A stretch of DNA of 63,511 nt, filler included, from Octopus bimaculoides (taxonomy: Eukaryota): NCBI RefSeq assembly GCF_001194135.2. It is 3 parts of 3 records of this genome, joined end to end, with 100 filler letters (N's around TTAATTAATTAA, not from the genome) between each part and the next. Parts side by side here need not be neighbours in the genome. Positions count along the whole stretch, not along the records: positions 1 to 23,846 come from NC_068985.1; positions 23,947 to 38,607 come from NC_068981.1; 1 more part is not named here. One strand, given 5' to 3'. How positions within the stretch are numbered: position 1 is the first letter of the stretch; each line of letters begins with the position of its first letter. The notes beneath the pieces were generated by a model. The model was not told the DNA's origin, did no database searches, and saw nothing but the letters and a program-made list of their open reading frames with translations. Positions 12,182 to 26,440 of this stretch are shown piece by piece. The translations under genes were made by a program, and so were the position numbers.

Positions 12182-15145
12182 CAAAATATATATTCTGTTA
12201 TTGTTATTCTTGTTGGTACTGTTACTGTGATATTACTTTTGTATTTGTTTTTGTGTCACCACAACAATGTGTCATCCAGAATCTAATGAAGTAATTGGCA
12301 GAGAGTAATAGACATGGTGCATTTGTCGAAGTTCAAAAACAAATCCAACAGCACTTGATCACATTCCACCTGAGGAAGCACCTATGCAGATCTGTTGCTG
12401 AAAAATGAATCATCATAGAGTTATTGTAAAGAATAATCTTATACAATGATATATGAATGTAAATTCAGCAACTTGAAGCTGTTGCCCAAAGCAGAAAGGA
12501 ATGCTGTAATTTGCTATTAAGGCCTAGAATTTTTTCATACTGGCACAGGTTGGACAGTTTGACAGTTTGACAGTTTGACAGTTTGACAGTTGGACAGTTT
12601 GACAGGAAGCTGGCTAGCTGGAGAGCTGCCTGGTCTCCAATTGTCTGTTTTAGCATGATTTCTACAGATGGATACCCTTGTTAATGTCTACCACTTTACA
12701 GAGTGTACAGGGTGGTTTTTACATGGAACTAACCTACACACATACACAGACACGCGCACACATACATATGGGCTGCCACACCATCTCTGTTTACTAACTT
12801 TCACTTAGAGAAAATATTGGCCAACCCAAGATTATGGCTGAAGACGCTTGCATAAAGTTGGATTGCACTCGGAATCATGAGGTTCAAAGCAAACATTTTC
12901 AGCACTAGAAACTTCTTCACTTTACATATAACAACATGTACTGTTGTAGTTGTTTATTTTAATAGTTATTTCTGTTGTTATTGTTGTATATTAGTTTTCA
13001 CTGCTCTTATTGTCCTTCTGGTGCTAAGTTACTTGCTGTATTTGACTGTTTTTTTCCCTTTTTGCTGTTGTTTTCAGTGGGGTTTTCTGGTAGCTTCTTG
13101 TTTTTGTTTTGTTTAATTTGCATTTTTTTTTTTGCTTCAGTGTTTTATATTTATTTCATTTAGAAAATAAACTCAAATGTCTTAAGAGCAGATGTTAAAT
13201 TTAATTCAAAATAATTTAAAACTTAATTTATCGAAATACCATATAAAAGAGCAAAGCAGAGACTAGAGAATGGATACAGGGTGAAAGTGGGGCTGGGAAA
13301 GGTTTAATTATTAATCGCAAACATTTCCTCCACCATCCTTCTATCCACCCACACACCCCAACCGACCAACCAAATGCACAAGCACATGCCACCACATAGG
13401 CATCATAAACTACAGACCATTGCATACCCTCATCACAATCACTCACACATACACAAATTTCAACACATACATAATATACATCACCTTCCAAATTTAATGC
13501 TGTGTTAAAGTGTGTTTACTAAAGCTGATATGAAACAAATTTTTATTATTTTACTATAAACATTTAAACACAACTTGTGAAAAGGTAAATTCAGGTGTGT
13601 TAAAATATGAGCTCACTTTTTTATTGTTTTTTACAGTATTTTTTGTTCCATATATTTTAAGGGAATTTTTTTAGGTCTGTTTGTTAATATTGAAAATTAA
13701 ATTTTTATTAAATATATTCATCTTTCTACTTTTTTCTATATATATACTTTTTTTAAATGTAGTTTCGAATATTTTATTCTGTGAATATGTTTTGTTTCTT
13801 AGTTCAGTGTTGAAATTTTCAATGTGAAAATTAATTTTTTTATGTAATGTAAATTTAGAATTTCAAATGACTAAAACAAAGATACTAATAAATAGATAAA
13901 TTACTAAAATAAAATAAAATAAAATAAAGAAATATGGAACTAGTATCATTATAATCTTCATCTTAAATCCTCATGACTGTAATATATTTTAACNNNNNNN
14001 NNNNNNNNNNNNNNNNNNNNNNNNNNNNNNNNNNNNNNNNNNNNNNNNNNNNNNNNNNNNNNNNNNNNNNNNNNNNNNNNNNNNNNNNNNNNNNNNNNNN
14101 NNNNNNNNNNNNNNNNNNNNNNNNNNNNNNNNNNNNNNNNNNNNNNNNNNNNNNNNNNNNNNNNNNNNNNNNNNNNNNNNNNNNNNNNNNNNNNNNNNNN
14201 NNNNNNNNNNNNNNNNNNNNNNNNNNNNNNNNNNNNNNNNNNNNNNNNNNNNNNNNNNNNNNNNNNNNNNNNNNNNNNNNNNNNNNNNNNNNNNNNNNNN
14301 NNNNNNNNNNNNNNNNNNNNNNNNNNNNNNNNNNNNNNNNNNNNNNNNNNNNNNNNNNNNNNNNNNNNNNNNNNNNNNNNNNNNNNNNNNNNNNNNNNNN
14401 NNNNNNNNNNNNNNNNNNNNNNNNNNNNNNNNNNNNNNNNNNNNNNNNNNNNNNNNNNNNNNNNNNNNNNNNNNNNNNNNNNNNNNNNNNNNNNNNNNNN
14501 NNNNNNNNNNNNNNNNNNNNNNNNNNNNNNNNNNNNNNNNNNNNNNNNNNNNNNNNNNNNNNNNNNNNNNNNNNNNNNNNTGTGTGTGTGTGTGTGTGTG
14601 TGTGTGCATGCGTGCGTGCATGTGGATCACATCAGTGATGTTATACTGGTCGAGAATGGGATAGCTATGAAGTTGTCTATGTTTAATTGTCACCAAATTG
14701 TCACCTAAAACAACAAGTAAAAGAGCATAAAATAAGCTACCAGGTCACACTCTTGCATGAGAGATGGCTAAGCAATTCTCATTTTAACTCATCACATATC
14801 ACTGAAAACAACTTGGTTTTAGGATTCAGTTGTATCCACAACTTCTGTCATTAACATCTGATAATTTCTTTTTTGTCCCAACTTTCTTTCAAATGTAGCT
14901 ACAACAAACCTCATAGAGTAAAAGGATAAAAATTAATAAAATAAATATTTACTCTTTTACTCTTTTATTTGTTTCAGTCATTTGACTGCGGCCATGCTGG
15001 AGCATCACCTTTAGTAAAAAAAAAATTGACCCCAGGACCTATTCTTTGTAAGCCTAGTACTTATTCTATCGGTCTCTTTTGCTGAACCGCTAAATTATGG
15101 GGACATAAACACACCAGCATCGGTTGTCAAGCGATGGTGGGGGGA

Positions 15146-15185
<40 letters not shown>

Positions 15186-15352
15186 AACAATGGATTTCTT
15201 TCAGTTTCTGTCTACCAAATCCACTCACAAGGCCTTGATCACCTGAGGCTATAGTAGAAGACACTTGCCCAAGGTGCCACACAATGGGATGGAACCCGGA
15301 ACAATGTGGTTGGTAAGCAAGCTACTTACAATACAGCCACTCCTGTGCCTAT

Positions 15353-15384
<32 letters not shown>

Positions 15385-16974
15385 GATGCCAGAATGCAAA
15401 GATATTGATTGTGAAAACTGTCACATTCTCTTACATTCCATATACAAAATAAATAAAAAACTCACCAGACAAAAGAAAATGGTAACAAAATCTAGACTGC
15501 TTGAAGTTTATTGTAAATTCTTGCTCTAAGAGTTTGTTTGTTGTAATTACTTTTAGTAACAGTTGCTATTACTGTGGCTTAAACCAGACACCTAACAGTT
15601 GCAATTGGTTTTATCCACTAATCAAGAGATAATTATCTAATTTACAATTCACAGCTGAGGTCTTTGAAAGGTCGGTGAAATTAACGGATTTTCCTGCTAT
15701 CTAAGAGGAAAAACATATGATGATGATAATGATGATGATTACAGTCTCACTAATAATGATTAGTAGTTGCAGTTGGGGTGGTAATAGTTGTAGTAACAGC
15801 AATTGCAGTAGAAAAATAATAATTTAACAGTGATAACATTATCATCATTATCAACAACAACAGCAACAATATCAACAATAATAACAGCAACAGCAACAAC
15901 ATGGGTTTGTTGTCTTGGCTAGAAGAGGGTGTTGAGGAAAGTACAAGGTTAAACCACAAAGGTGCAAAAACAAAAAGGAAAAAAATGAGGTATTTATATC
16001 AAATAAATCAATTAAATTAACAATAACACTAGACAATAAATAACAACAATATTAATTCTTCCTCAATTATATCAACTCCAGTTCGCAACTAGTACGTATT
16101 CTATCAACTGCAAAAGAATAAAAGGCCAAGTCATCCAAAGCTCAATTTGAACTAAAAAAATGTAAACATTGTCAAAATGCCTCTAAGCATTTTGTCCAAC
16201 TCATTAACCTTTTGGAGACTGAGCCTCATTTGGAGTTTTAATGTCAAAAAGCTGGAACCCTTATGACAAACCTACAGAGGGTACGCACTTTTTTTTTTTT
16301 TTTTTAATTATTAAAAAATTAACTAATTTACATACATAGAACTATATTCTTGTAGAAAATTGAATGAACTAATACAATCTTCATCATCGTTTGACTTTTC
16401 GGCTGATACATCGCTCCTTTTGTCTCCTTAAGGTTAATGCTTCTACCACCTTGTCAGAGATACTCAGTCCTTTGGTGACAAAACCCTAGGTTAATTCTCT
16501 GACTCACTGAAGGCTTACCATTGGTAAGCGATACACTGAATGCTAAAATTAAAATTTTACATATACAGAGTAATTAATAATCAATTTGCTCTTGTTTATG
16601 AACATTACAGAATTAGATGGTCATTGATAAAAGGGGGTAGAAGGATATCACTGCTAATTTAGAACTTATTGTTTCTAATTGCAAAATTACAGCACAAAAC
16701 AAATTCTTAAAATGAAGATTAGTTTCAAGAGTTTAGTGATTGACACCATGGGTGGTACTTAATTCTGAAGAGACCATATTCTTACTGAACACACCATATA
16801 AAAGGACAGTGCTGATGTTAATTATTTGATGGGTTGATTCATGCCATGTTTCTATTGATACTGTTGGTTAGCTATTAATTGAACCTGATCCAACAGTTCT
16901 ATGATCAAAAGCATTCTAGTTTTGATTAGACCATCCTTTTATGTTCTTTAGATATTGGTATATGTAGGATGACA

Positions 16975-17340
16975 TGGAGGCGCAATGGCCCAGTGGTTAG
17001 GGCAGTGGTCTCGCGGTTTCGATTCCCAGACCGGGCGTTGTGAGTGTTTATTGAGCGAAAACACCTAAAGCTCAACGAGGCTCCGGCAGGGGATGGTGGC
17101 GAACCGTGCTGTGCTCCTTCACCACAACTTTCTATCACTCTTACTTCCTGTTTCTGTTGTGCCTGTATTTCAAAGGGTCAGGCTTGTAACATTATGTCAC
17201 ATTGAATATCCCCGAGAACTACGTTAAGGGTACACGTGTCTGTGGAGTGCTCAACCACTTGCATGTTAATTTCACGAGCAGGCTGTTCCGTTGATCGAAT
17301 CAACTGGAACCCTGGACGTCGTAAGCGATGGAGTGCCAAC
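16975..17340 (+). mobile_element. SINE family 3 (tRNA-like head, tail ...gacggagtgccaac)
   Basis: Box A/B-like head (tggcccagtgg, ggtttcgattccc); related copies at 3779-4167 (-), ~33445-33665 (+), ~63140-63315 (-). Confidence 0.85.
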
Positions 17341-18399
17341 TACTACTACTACTATGTAGGATGACATTGTCTGATGTGTTCTTTCTATTTTTTTTTTAAG
17401 TTGTAAGGTATAATATAAAAGAAGATTTGGATGCTATTTCGAGTGAGTTGATCAACAATGTAAAGCTGTAGCTCTCAACCAGGGTCCATTTGGCTATTGG
17501 GGATCCATATAAGACTTTGTTGGTAGAATTTATGTGCAATAAATTTATTATTCGTCTACAATACACAAAATAGTTTAACAATTGTTTTTTTTTATACAAT
17601 TCTTTATAATGTTTTAGTATAAGAATGTGATAGGATTTTTTAAAACTTCAAATGATTATAGGGGTCCATCCAAGTAGAATAGGTGTCAAAGGGGTCCATA
17701 GACAAAAAAATGGTTGAGAACCACTAGTGCAGAGGAACCATTATTGGCCATTGCATTGAATTCTGTTCTGCTATGTTCTGTCTTGTTTTGAACCAATTTT
17801 AAAGTGAAATAGTTGTTTTATTGTTACATTTATGAATTTATTTTGCAATATTCCTGATGTGAAACTATGTGTTGAAAGAGATATTGTTATATTTTGGGAT
17901 GGCTGTTATTTTCGCTAAATAGACACATACACTATATATTCGTTTTTCACTCATTTATTATTGTTCTAATTTTATTGTATGTTATTGTCTGGGAATTTTT
18001 TGTCACACATCTGTGACTTTTCAGCCACTTCAGAAAAGTTGCTGAAGGGGTCCAATGGACATAAAATAAAATAAGAACAATACGAAACAAGTAAAGAACA
18101 AATGTATAGTACAAGTGTTTATTTGGCAAGTAAAAATAAGTGGCCATTCTGAAATATAACAATAGTTGTTATATCATTTACAAGCAAAAATGATGATGGT
18201 TCAGCAGAGATGATAAAATGACAGGATAAATGCCCTGTCATGTTCACTTGTAATCTTTGAGCCTTGTGTTCAAACCTATCTGGAAGTGACTCTATTTTTC
18301 TGCCCTGTAGTGCAGATAACCCTCTCCTATAATTTTGTTGCTTTGTGCCAAAGTAAGAAAACATTAAAATGGCTACAGCAGCTTCTAAGATACATGAGG

Positions 18400-19230
18400 T
18401 ATTCAGCAATAAATGGTGATGGAGAGGTTGGTGAAATGGTAATTTGACATTTAAAGTTAAATCCAAATATATGAAAAATTCAACAATGATTGGTAGTGAG
18501 AAATTGGTCAAATAATGGACTGACATTTAGAGTCAGTACCACTTACATTAGATATTCAGCAATGATTGATGATAAAAAAACTAAAAAAAAACTGATGAAA
18601 TAGTGAATTAACATTTAAAGTTGGTATATATTAGGACATACAAAAATAAACTATGGTGAGAGATGAATGAAATAGTGATTTAAGATTTAAAGTTAGTAGC
18701 AAATTTATTAGACATTTGACCATAAATAGTGATGGTTGATTAGTGAAATAGTAACTTGACATGTAAAGTCAATATATATATTTTAGGACATACAGAAATG
18801 AATTATGATGAGATATGGACGAAATGGTGATTTGACATATAAAATCAGCAGCAAATTTATTAGACATTCAGCAATAAATAGCAGTGGTTGTCTGGTCAAA
18901 GAGAAACTTGACATTTTAAAGTCAATATATATGTTTTAAGACATAAAGAAAGAAATTATGTTGAGAGATTGTTGAAATGCTGATTTGACATTTAATATAA
19001 ATGGCAAATATATTAGATATTTAACAGTAAATGATGGTGATTGATTGACTAAATAGTAACTTGACACTTAAAATGTCACATCAAATATGTGAGGACATTC
19101 CACAATAAAAGACTAGTGAGATAGCGATTTGACATTTAAGGTCAATACCAAATACACAATGAATTCACAAAATCTGAATAGTAAACTGTCAATTAGACAT
19201 GGCATTTAAAGTCAACAGTAAATATAAACA
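18400..19230. repeat. Diverged ~76-bp minisatellite, about 11 units
   Basis: Anchor TGACATTTAAAGTCA variants recur near 18445, 18521, 18609, 18680, 18756, 18832, 18908, 18985, 19061, 19130, 19200. Confidence 0.85.
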
Positions 19231-19461
19231 GGCATGCATTCAACATTGACTATAATATTTGATGTGAAACAGGATAGATTCCTTCCCTAAATACATTTAT
19301 TATCAATCAGAATTGATTTTTGACTGTTGATTTTAACCTTCATATGTATTTTCATTGCCCACGATCCAGTGAAGACCATGACTAGAAGTACATGAAGTAG
19401 AAAGGCTTAGTCAATCATCTTCCACAATTGATATTAGGGAATAAAAATCGATTTGACATTG

Positions 19462-19505
<44 letters not shown>

Positions 19506-19697
19506 TTAGCATGCTGGGCAAAATGCTTGATGCCGTTTAGTTTGTCTTTACATTCTGAGTTCAAATTCCACCAAGGTTGACTTTGACTTTCATCCTTCTG
19601 AGGTTGATAAAATAAGTACCGGTTGAGCATTGGGGTCAATGTAATCAACCTGCCCACTTCCCTGATATTACTGACCTTGTGACAAAATTTGAAATCA

Positions 19698-19729
<32 letters not shown>

Positions 19730-19828
19730 TCAATTTTTCCTGAAAGAGAACTGTGTCTGAAACAAATTTTCCACTCCCCTCTTCCAGTTTACAGTGCTTC
19801 TTTTTTTATTGATTTTACTATATATATT

Positions 19829-19869
<41 letters not shown>

Positions 19870-20949
19870 GCACAGATATAAATGTGTGCGCGCGTGTGGG
19901 GGGATGGGCATGGGTCTATCTAGTCTGGATATCATGTTTGTATGACAAAAGTCACTATCATACAAGACAGTCATGTTATTCTTTTGCAGCTTTGTGACCA
20001 TTCTACTCTTTTGTGTTTGGAGAACAAGAGAAAATATTACCTTTCTTTAAGATCCATGGAATCAATTGCCTCGTGAATTTCAAATTATGGCAGGAATGCA
20101 CAAATTATTTTCAGGAATGCACTACTGTTGTAACAGAATGGACGCCCCTGTATTTCTTTCATTCTCTCCCATGGTTTCTGAATGTTGGTCAAAGGATTGG
20201 TGGAATCTAGATCTATGAATGTGAAGGTATTACATGAATACTCATGTAGGTTGGTTAGAGAAAGAACAGCATACCAGAAAATAGGCTCTATACAAGCTTG
20301 ATAAAGAGGATATTAAAACAGTGATGTTAATTATTATACCTACATACATATATATTTATATATGTGTGTGTGCAAGGACGCATAGAGAGTATTAAGGGCC
20401 ATTGGGCATAACTTCACCAGGCCTCTTAGCATTGATATCAAAGAGAGTTAACATGTAGAGTGCAGGTCCCTCAGAGCTCTGGGTGAGAAAATTACTCCTT
20501 GAACAATGACATATTTATTCAATCTGAAGAGAGTATACATATTATGCATAAATCCCTGCATATAAATATGCAGCAATTTGCAGTTGATATGATTGAAACA
20601 TGTGTCAGACAATTACTATGAAAGCAGAAAGCCTGAATTTTCAAAATCTTCATTTCCTTATTATCAGTGTTGGGATTTTACATTCTAAGTAGCCAGGAAA
20701 TTAACCTTAATATTGGATGGTAGTTTTTCAGAAATATACCTTAAAACAGACCATCAGAAGAAACCGGCCTTGTTATCTGCCTGGATATTCATATCCTTCC
20801 TCTTACTATATGTATGTATATATATGTATATATATATATATATCTCATCATCATCATCATCATTTAACGTCCGCTTTCCATGCTAGCATGGGTTGGACGA
20901 TTTGACAGAAGACTGGCAAGCCAGAAGGCTGCACCAGGCTCCAATCTGA

Positions 20950-21009
<60 letters not shown>

Positions 21010-22285
21010 TATATATATATATATATATACATACATACATATATATGTGTGTGTGTGTGTAGGAACACACACACATTTATATATACTTCTTTACAGTGAT
21101 GAAAATTGTTGTCATGGTGACTGTTGTCATACCCATTGTTACCACAACTTGAAGTGATTTATTGGGGATGAGTTTTCATCAGGTTTTGTGATTGATACAT
21201 AACATATGTGTGACACAGATTAAAAATTAGAATAAAACTTTTGATTATTCCTCAAAGAATACTAGAAGTAGATTACCATTTCATTGATTGTAGAGTGTTA
21301 AGAGATTAAGTCAGTTTTGGCAGGGCTTCAACCCAGAAGTACAAATCAGGAAATCCATTACCATAATGAAAATTTGTAGTTGTAACATCAGCCTCGTTTG
21401 ACGATTGTTGCTAACTATGCTGACATGTAGCTTGCTATATTGGCTATTTAATGTTTGCCTGAAGGTTTCTAATAATGAGGATGTTTAACATAGTCATCAT
21501 CATCATCATCAGTTGATGTCTGCTTTCCTTGCTGACATGGGTTGGATGGCTTGGCAGGAACTGGCAAGGCCAGAGGCCACATCAGGTTCCATAATCTATT
21601 TTGACTTGGTTTCCACAGCTGGATGCCCTTCCTAATGCACCAAACACTCCACAGAATGTACTGGGAGTGCTTTTCATGTGGCACCATTACCCACACCTTT
21701 TTATGTGGCACCAGCACCCACAAAATTTCAGGCAAGGGTTTAGTTTGATAACTCAACTCCAATACTTAACTGGTACTTCATTTTATCAACTCTGGAAGGT
21801 TGAAAGGCTGAGTTAATCTATACAGGATTTGAACTCAGACCATGAACAGATTTAACTAAACACCACAAGAGATTTTACCTCATAACTTTACCAGTTGTGC
21901 CAGTCCATTCACCAGGTCTCCCATCATCATCATCATCATCATGATACATCATTTTTACATGCTAGTACAAGCTGTATTGTTCATCAGAGTTTCTGCTCTC
22001 CTAGGCTGATGAAGGACCACATTTCACTTGTCTGCTTTGTTTTGGCTTGTTTTCTCTCACTAGATGGCCTTCTTAGCATCAACCACTTATGCATATGCAT
22101 TCATATACACATATTCTGATATACTGACACACACACATACACACACACACATGCAAACAAACAACACACATACACTCACACATTCATGCATGTTCACTTT
22201 TGCACACATACTGACACATGCATTCACAGATGCACAACAAAGTCAAACACACAAGCGGATACATACATACATACATACATACAGT

Positions 22286-22966
22286 AGTTTATCATTTAAG
22301 TATATATGAGCATGTCTAGATATGTCAGTATATACATGAGAAGACATACATAAAGACAAACATACAAATCTGCATGTATACATACATACATACATACATG
22401 TTGATGTTGAAATTCGAAATGTTGAAATTGGAAGTAGGTTAGAAACCGGTTCTTTTTCTATTAGCAAGAAATCTTGAAATAAAACTGAATAANNNNNNNN
22501 NNATATACATGAGAAGACATACATAAAGACAAACATACAAATCTGCATGTATACATACATACATACATACATGTTGATGTTGAAATTCGAAATGTTGAAA
22601 TTGGAAGTAGGTTAGAAACCGGTTCTTTTTCTATTAGCAAGAAATCTTGAAATAAAACTGAATAATGACATACATATATTCACATACATACATACATACA
22701 TGCAAGTATACATGCATACATACATACATACATACAAAAGTCTGTAAAACTTTCCAGAAGTTTATCATTTAAATATATATGAGTATGTCTAGATACGCAA
22801 CTATATGCATGAGAATACATACATAAAACATACAGATCTGCACATACATACATACATACAAAAATACCCTGTTGTTGATGTTGAAATTCCAATGAAGGTG
22901 CCTTAGATCTAGGTTAGAAACCGGCACTTTCTTTATTGGCAAGAAATCTTGAAATAAACTGAATGA
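22286..22966. repeat. ~200-bp local tandem duplication; middle copy probably an assembly overlap
   Basis: Sequence after the 10-N gap (22503-22664) is identical to the end of 22286-22492; a diverged copy lies at 22759-22966. Confidence 0.8.
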
Positions 22967-23724
22967 CGTACATAAATACATACACATACTCACATGGACT
23001 CAAAAACATGCATTCACACACACCTACTCCCCACCCACAAACCAACACACACACTCACACAATCACAAACACGTTCATTCCCACATTCATTCCCACGTAT
23101 ATTCATACACACTCACTTTCACACATAAACATTCATCACAGACCCACATGCATTCATATGCACTCGCTCACTCACACACAAACTAACACCTACACTTAGA
23201 ACACACACACACACACATACACTCATTGCATGCACATTCAATCCCACACACACAGACCAACACTCGTATTCCCATGCACAGATAGATATATTCTTACACT
23301 TCTGACTGCAGTTCCAGTGCAGTTCCATTCATTCTGCAAGTATTATTATCATTCATAGGTGCCAGTATAGATATAACACTTAGCAGAAACGTCGTTTATT
23401 ACTTCCTAAAAGTCAATTTCCATTTCATAATTGACAAATTGAGAAAAAAAAAAAAAAATCACTCGGAAGAGCTTAGATGCCTAAGTGTTATAGAAAAGAT
23501 AAAACCCAAATAACAAAAATAATTGGTGCATTGATGGTTTGAACAGTGATATAGAAGACAAGGGAATTCAATAAAGAATGGAGGGAGGTAACAGTCAAAA
23601 AACAGAAAGGCTGAGTTGTCATTCCTTTCTGTCATTACTTCATTATTGTACACACACATTTATATCTATATATGATATGTGTGTGTGTGGTCTATTCTGT
23701 TGTGTTTGTCTTTGTATATGTATG

Positions 23725-23758
<34 letters not shown>

Positions 23759-23846
23759 TGTACTTGCATAGCAAGTGACCTGATCTGAGATTGTGTGCTG
23801 GAACGAAAACACCTCCCCCTCTGCAATTGTATATATATATATATAT

Positions 23847-23946
23847 NNNNNNNNNNNNNNNNNNNNNNNNNNNNNNNNNNNNNNNNNNNNTTAATTAATT
23901 AANNNNNNNNNNNNNNNNNNNNNNNNNNNNNNNNNNNNNNNNNNNN
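23847..23946. other. Artificial 100-bp contig join (44 N + TTAATTAATTAA + 44 N)
   Basis: Six-frame-stop spacer at 23891-23902; identical layout at 38608-38707. Confidence 0.92.
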
Positions 23947-24312
23947 TTCTTAACAAGCTTACAGTACGTACTTCTCGGTTGTTATTCTTGGGTGAAATAA
24001 TACCGGTGTTATTTAATATGTTTGTAATTTTTTTGTACATGGTGTTTTGGGGTTCGAAGATGGTCTGATTTTGATGTAACACGTGTGTTTACGATCGCTG
24101 TGCGGGTAGTGGAGGTATCAAGTTAAAATACATCATTATATTTGTAAAAATAGAGATAAATTTCAATGAGTATTACTTACTCGGATATAGTCCAACCCTT
24201 TGTCAGCTATTTTTTGTACATGGTGTTTGGGTTTGGGGATGGTCTGTATTTTGATGTAACACGTGTGTTTACGATCGCTGTTCGGGTAGTGGAGGTATCA
24301 AGTTAAAATACA

Positions 24313-24358
<46 letters not shown>

Positions 24359-25439
24359 CTTTGCTGGGGGACTATTGCTGCAAATTAATAATAATTTGTA
24401 ATAAAATATTGGTTCAAATTTTGGTGCAAGGCCAGAAAGTTCGGCCCCAGGGCTCAACAGGTAGTTATTTTATCGACCCCGAAAGGATGAAAGGCAAGGT
24501 CGACTTCGACGGAATTTGAACTTAGGACGTGAATTTGAACTGGTGGGATAACGATTCTTCCAGCTCGCCGCCTTGGTTTGTTATAAAACATTACAATCTT
24601 ACTCCCGCTGTACGTCCTGCGTTCAAATACCACTGAGGTCGATTTCACCTTTCATCCTTTTCGGGTTCGACAAAATACGTATCAGTTTAACACTGGGGTC
24701 CATGTAATCGACTTACCAGCCCACCTCCTGAAGTCGCTGGCCTTGTACCAAAATTTAAAACCATTATTATAACAAATATCATCTGACGACGAACTGGCCA
24801 AATTGTTAACATGCCGGACAAAATGTTTAGTAGCATTTCTTCTGTCGTTACGTTCGAGTGCCATCAAGATCGATATTGTGTTTCATCCTTTCGGGTTCGA
24901 TAAATAAGTACCACTTGAGCCTGGGTGGAGGATCAATGCAATCGACTGTTATCCTTGTACCAACATTTGAAATCATTAAAGACAACGAGCTGGCGGAATT
25001 TTTAGAGCGACGAATAAAATGCCTATCGGCATTTCTTCCATTTCGTTATGTTCTGAGTTCAAATTCCGCCTAGGCCGATTTTGCTTTTCACCCTTTCGGT
25101 GTGTACCCACTGAGGGCGATATAATCGACAACTCCCTCCCAAATTTCAGGCCTTGTGTCTATATTAGAAAGGATCTGTTTTTTTTTTTTTTATTACCCAT
25201 GCGGGCTAACATAGAGGGGCTTGTGTCTATATTAGAAAGGATCATTATAACAATCATCTGCATTAGATCAGTTATCGTTCTCCACGGCAGCAGCAGCAGC
25301 AGCAACAACAGTAGCAATGTCATTATCATAACATTTTTTTGTTTGTCCACTACAGAAATGTTGAAGGTTCAAAAACAAGGGCAATGAAAGCCGAAGCCGT
25401 CCAGTTCTGTTCCAGGCACACATTAAGAAGTCTAATGAT

Positions 25440-25805
25440 GTCTTTAAATCGGATCATAATATTAGTGTTCGCAATGACGATGGTGGTGGTGGTGGTGGTG
25501 GTGGAGGTGGTGGGTAGTTGTAATTCTTATGATAATAATTGCGGAGGTGGGGATGGTGGTGGCGGAAGTGACGGCAGTGGCAGTGTTAGTGAGTCGTGGT
25601 GGTGGTGGTGGTGGTGGTGGTGGTAGTGGTAGTGGTGTAGTCGTTGTCTTAATCATGGTCGTGGTCGTCGGTAATGGTAGTAGACGAATGGTGGTGCTAT
25701 TCAAACTTGTATATTAGTGATGCATTGGTAACAGAAGCTCTTGCGGTGGTAGTGTTTGGGGTGATATATTTAGTGGTGGCTGTGGCGGTATCAATCATGA
25801 AGCAA

Positions 25806-25880
<75 letters not shown>

Positions 25881-26440
25881 CAGTAGTAGTAGCGGCGGCA
25901 GCGGTGGTGGTGGTGGTGGTGCTCGTAGTAGTACCAGCAGTTATAAAACTAGTAGTAGTTGTTGCTGTGGTTCATATTCTTGTTGTTTATTTTGTTCTTG
26001 GTGTACTTGTTGTTGTTGATATAGTAATTGGGTTTCCAATTGTACTGTTAGCTGTGAAAGCAATGATAGTTGTGCTGGCGGCGGTGAAGATGGCACTGGG
26101 AGGAGTGCTGACGGTGGTGGGGACGAAAGTTATTGGAGCCATTGTCATCATAAAGTTGTTGACAGCGGCGGCGAGTATCGCGTTGTTGTTTCGCAACGGG
26201 GTCACTTTCGGGTAAGACACCATTCAACTCTACTAACCCAGTTTTGTTAAGGGGGCCACGGTATTGAAGGTTGCTCTTGTTACATGATACAACACAGACA
26301 GACCTAGTTATTCTTGTTACTATTGTTGTTGTTGTTGATGAGGATGATAATCATGATGATGAAGAAAAAACATAAAGAAGAAGAAGAAGAAGAAGAAGAA
26401 GAAGAAGAAGAAGAAGAAGAAGAAGAAGAAGAAGAAGCGT
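25440..26440. repeat. Compound trinucleotide microsatellite field (GGT, GTA, GTT, GAT, GAA)
   Basis: Directly visible pure and degenerate triplet runs. Confidence 0.9.

Noticed and set aside
21097-21157. Cys/His-rich mini terminal exon [19 protein letters not shown] after a plus-strand acceptor
   Set aside because: Only 19 codons, explained by degenerate TGT/CAT triplets, with no upstream partner exon found.
23891-23902. TTAATTAATTAA palindrome as a biological site (also at 38652-38663)
   Set aside because: Centred in identical 44-N flanks at both places; an assembly spacer.
25904-26223. Val-rich TM-like ORF (+) and Thr-rich mucin-like ORF (-)
   Set aside because: Both lie in a degenerate GGT/GTA/GTT microsatellite field, with no splice context or family motif.
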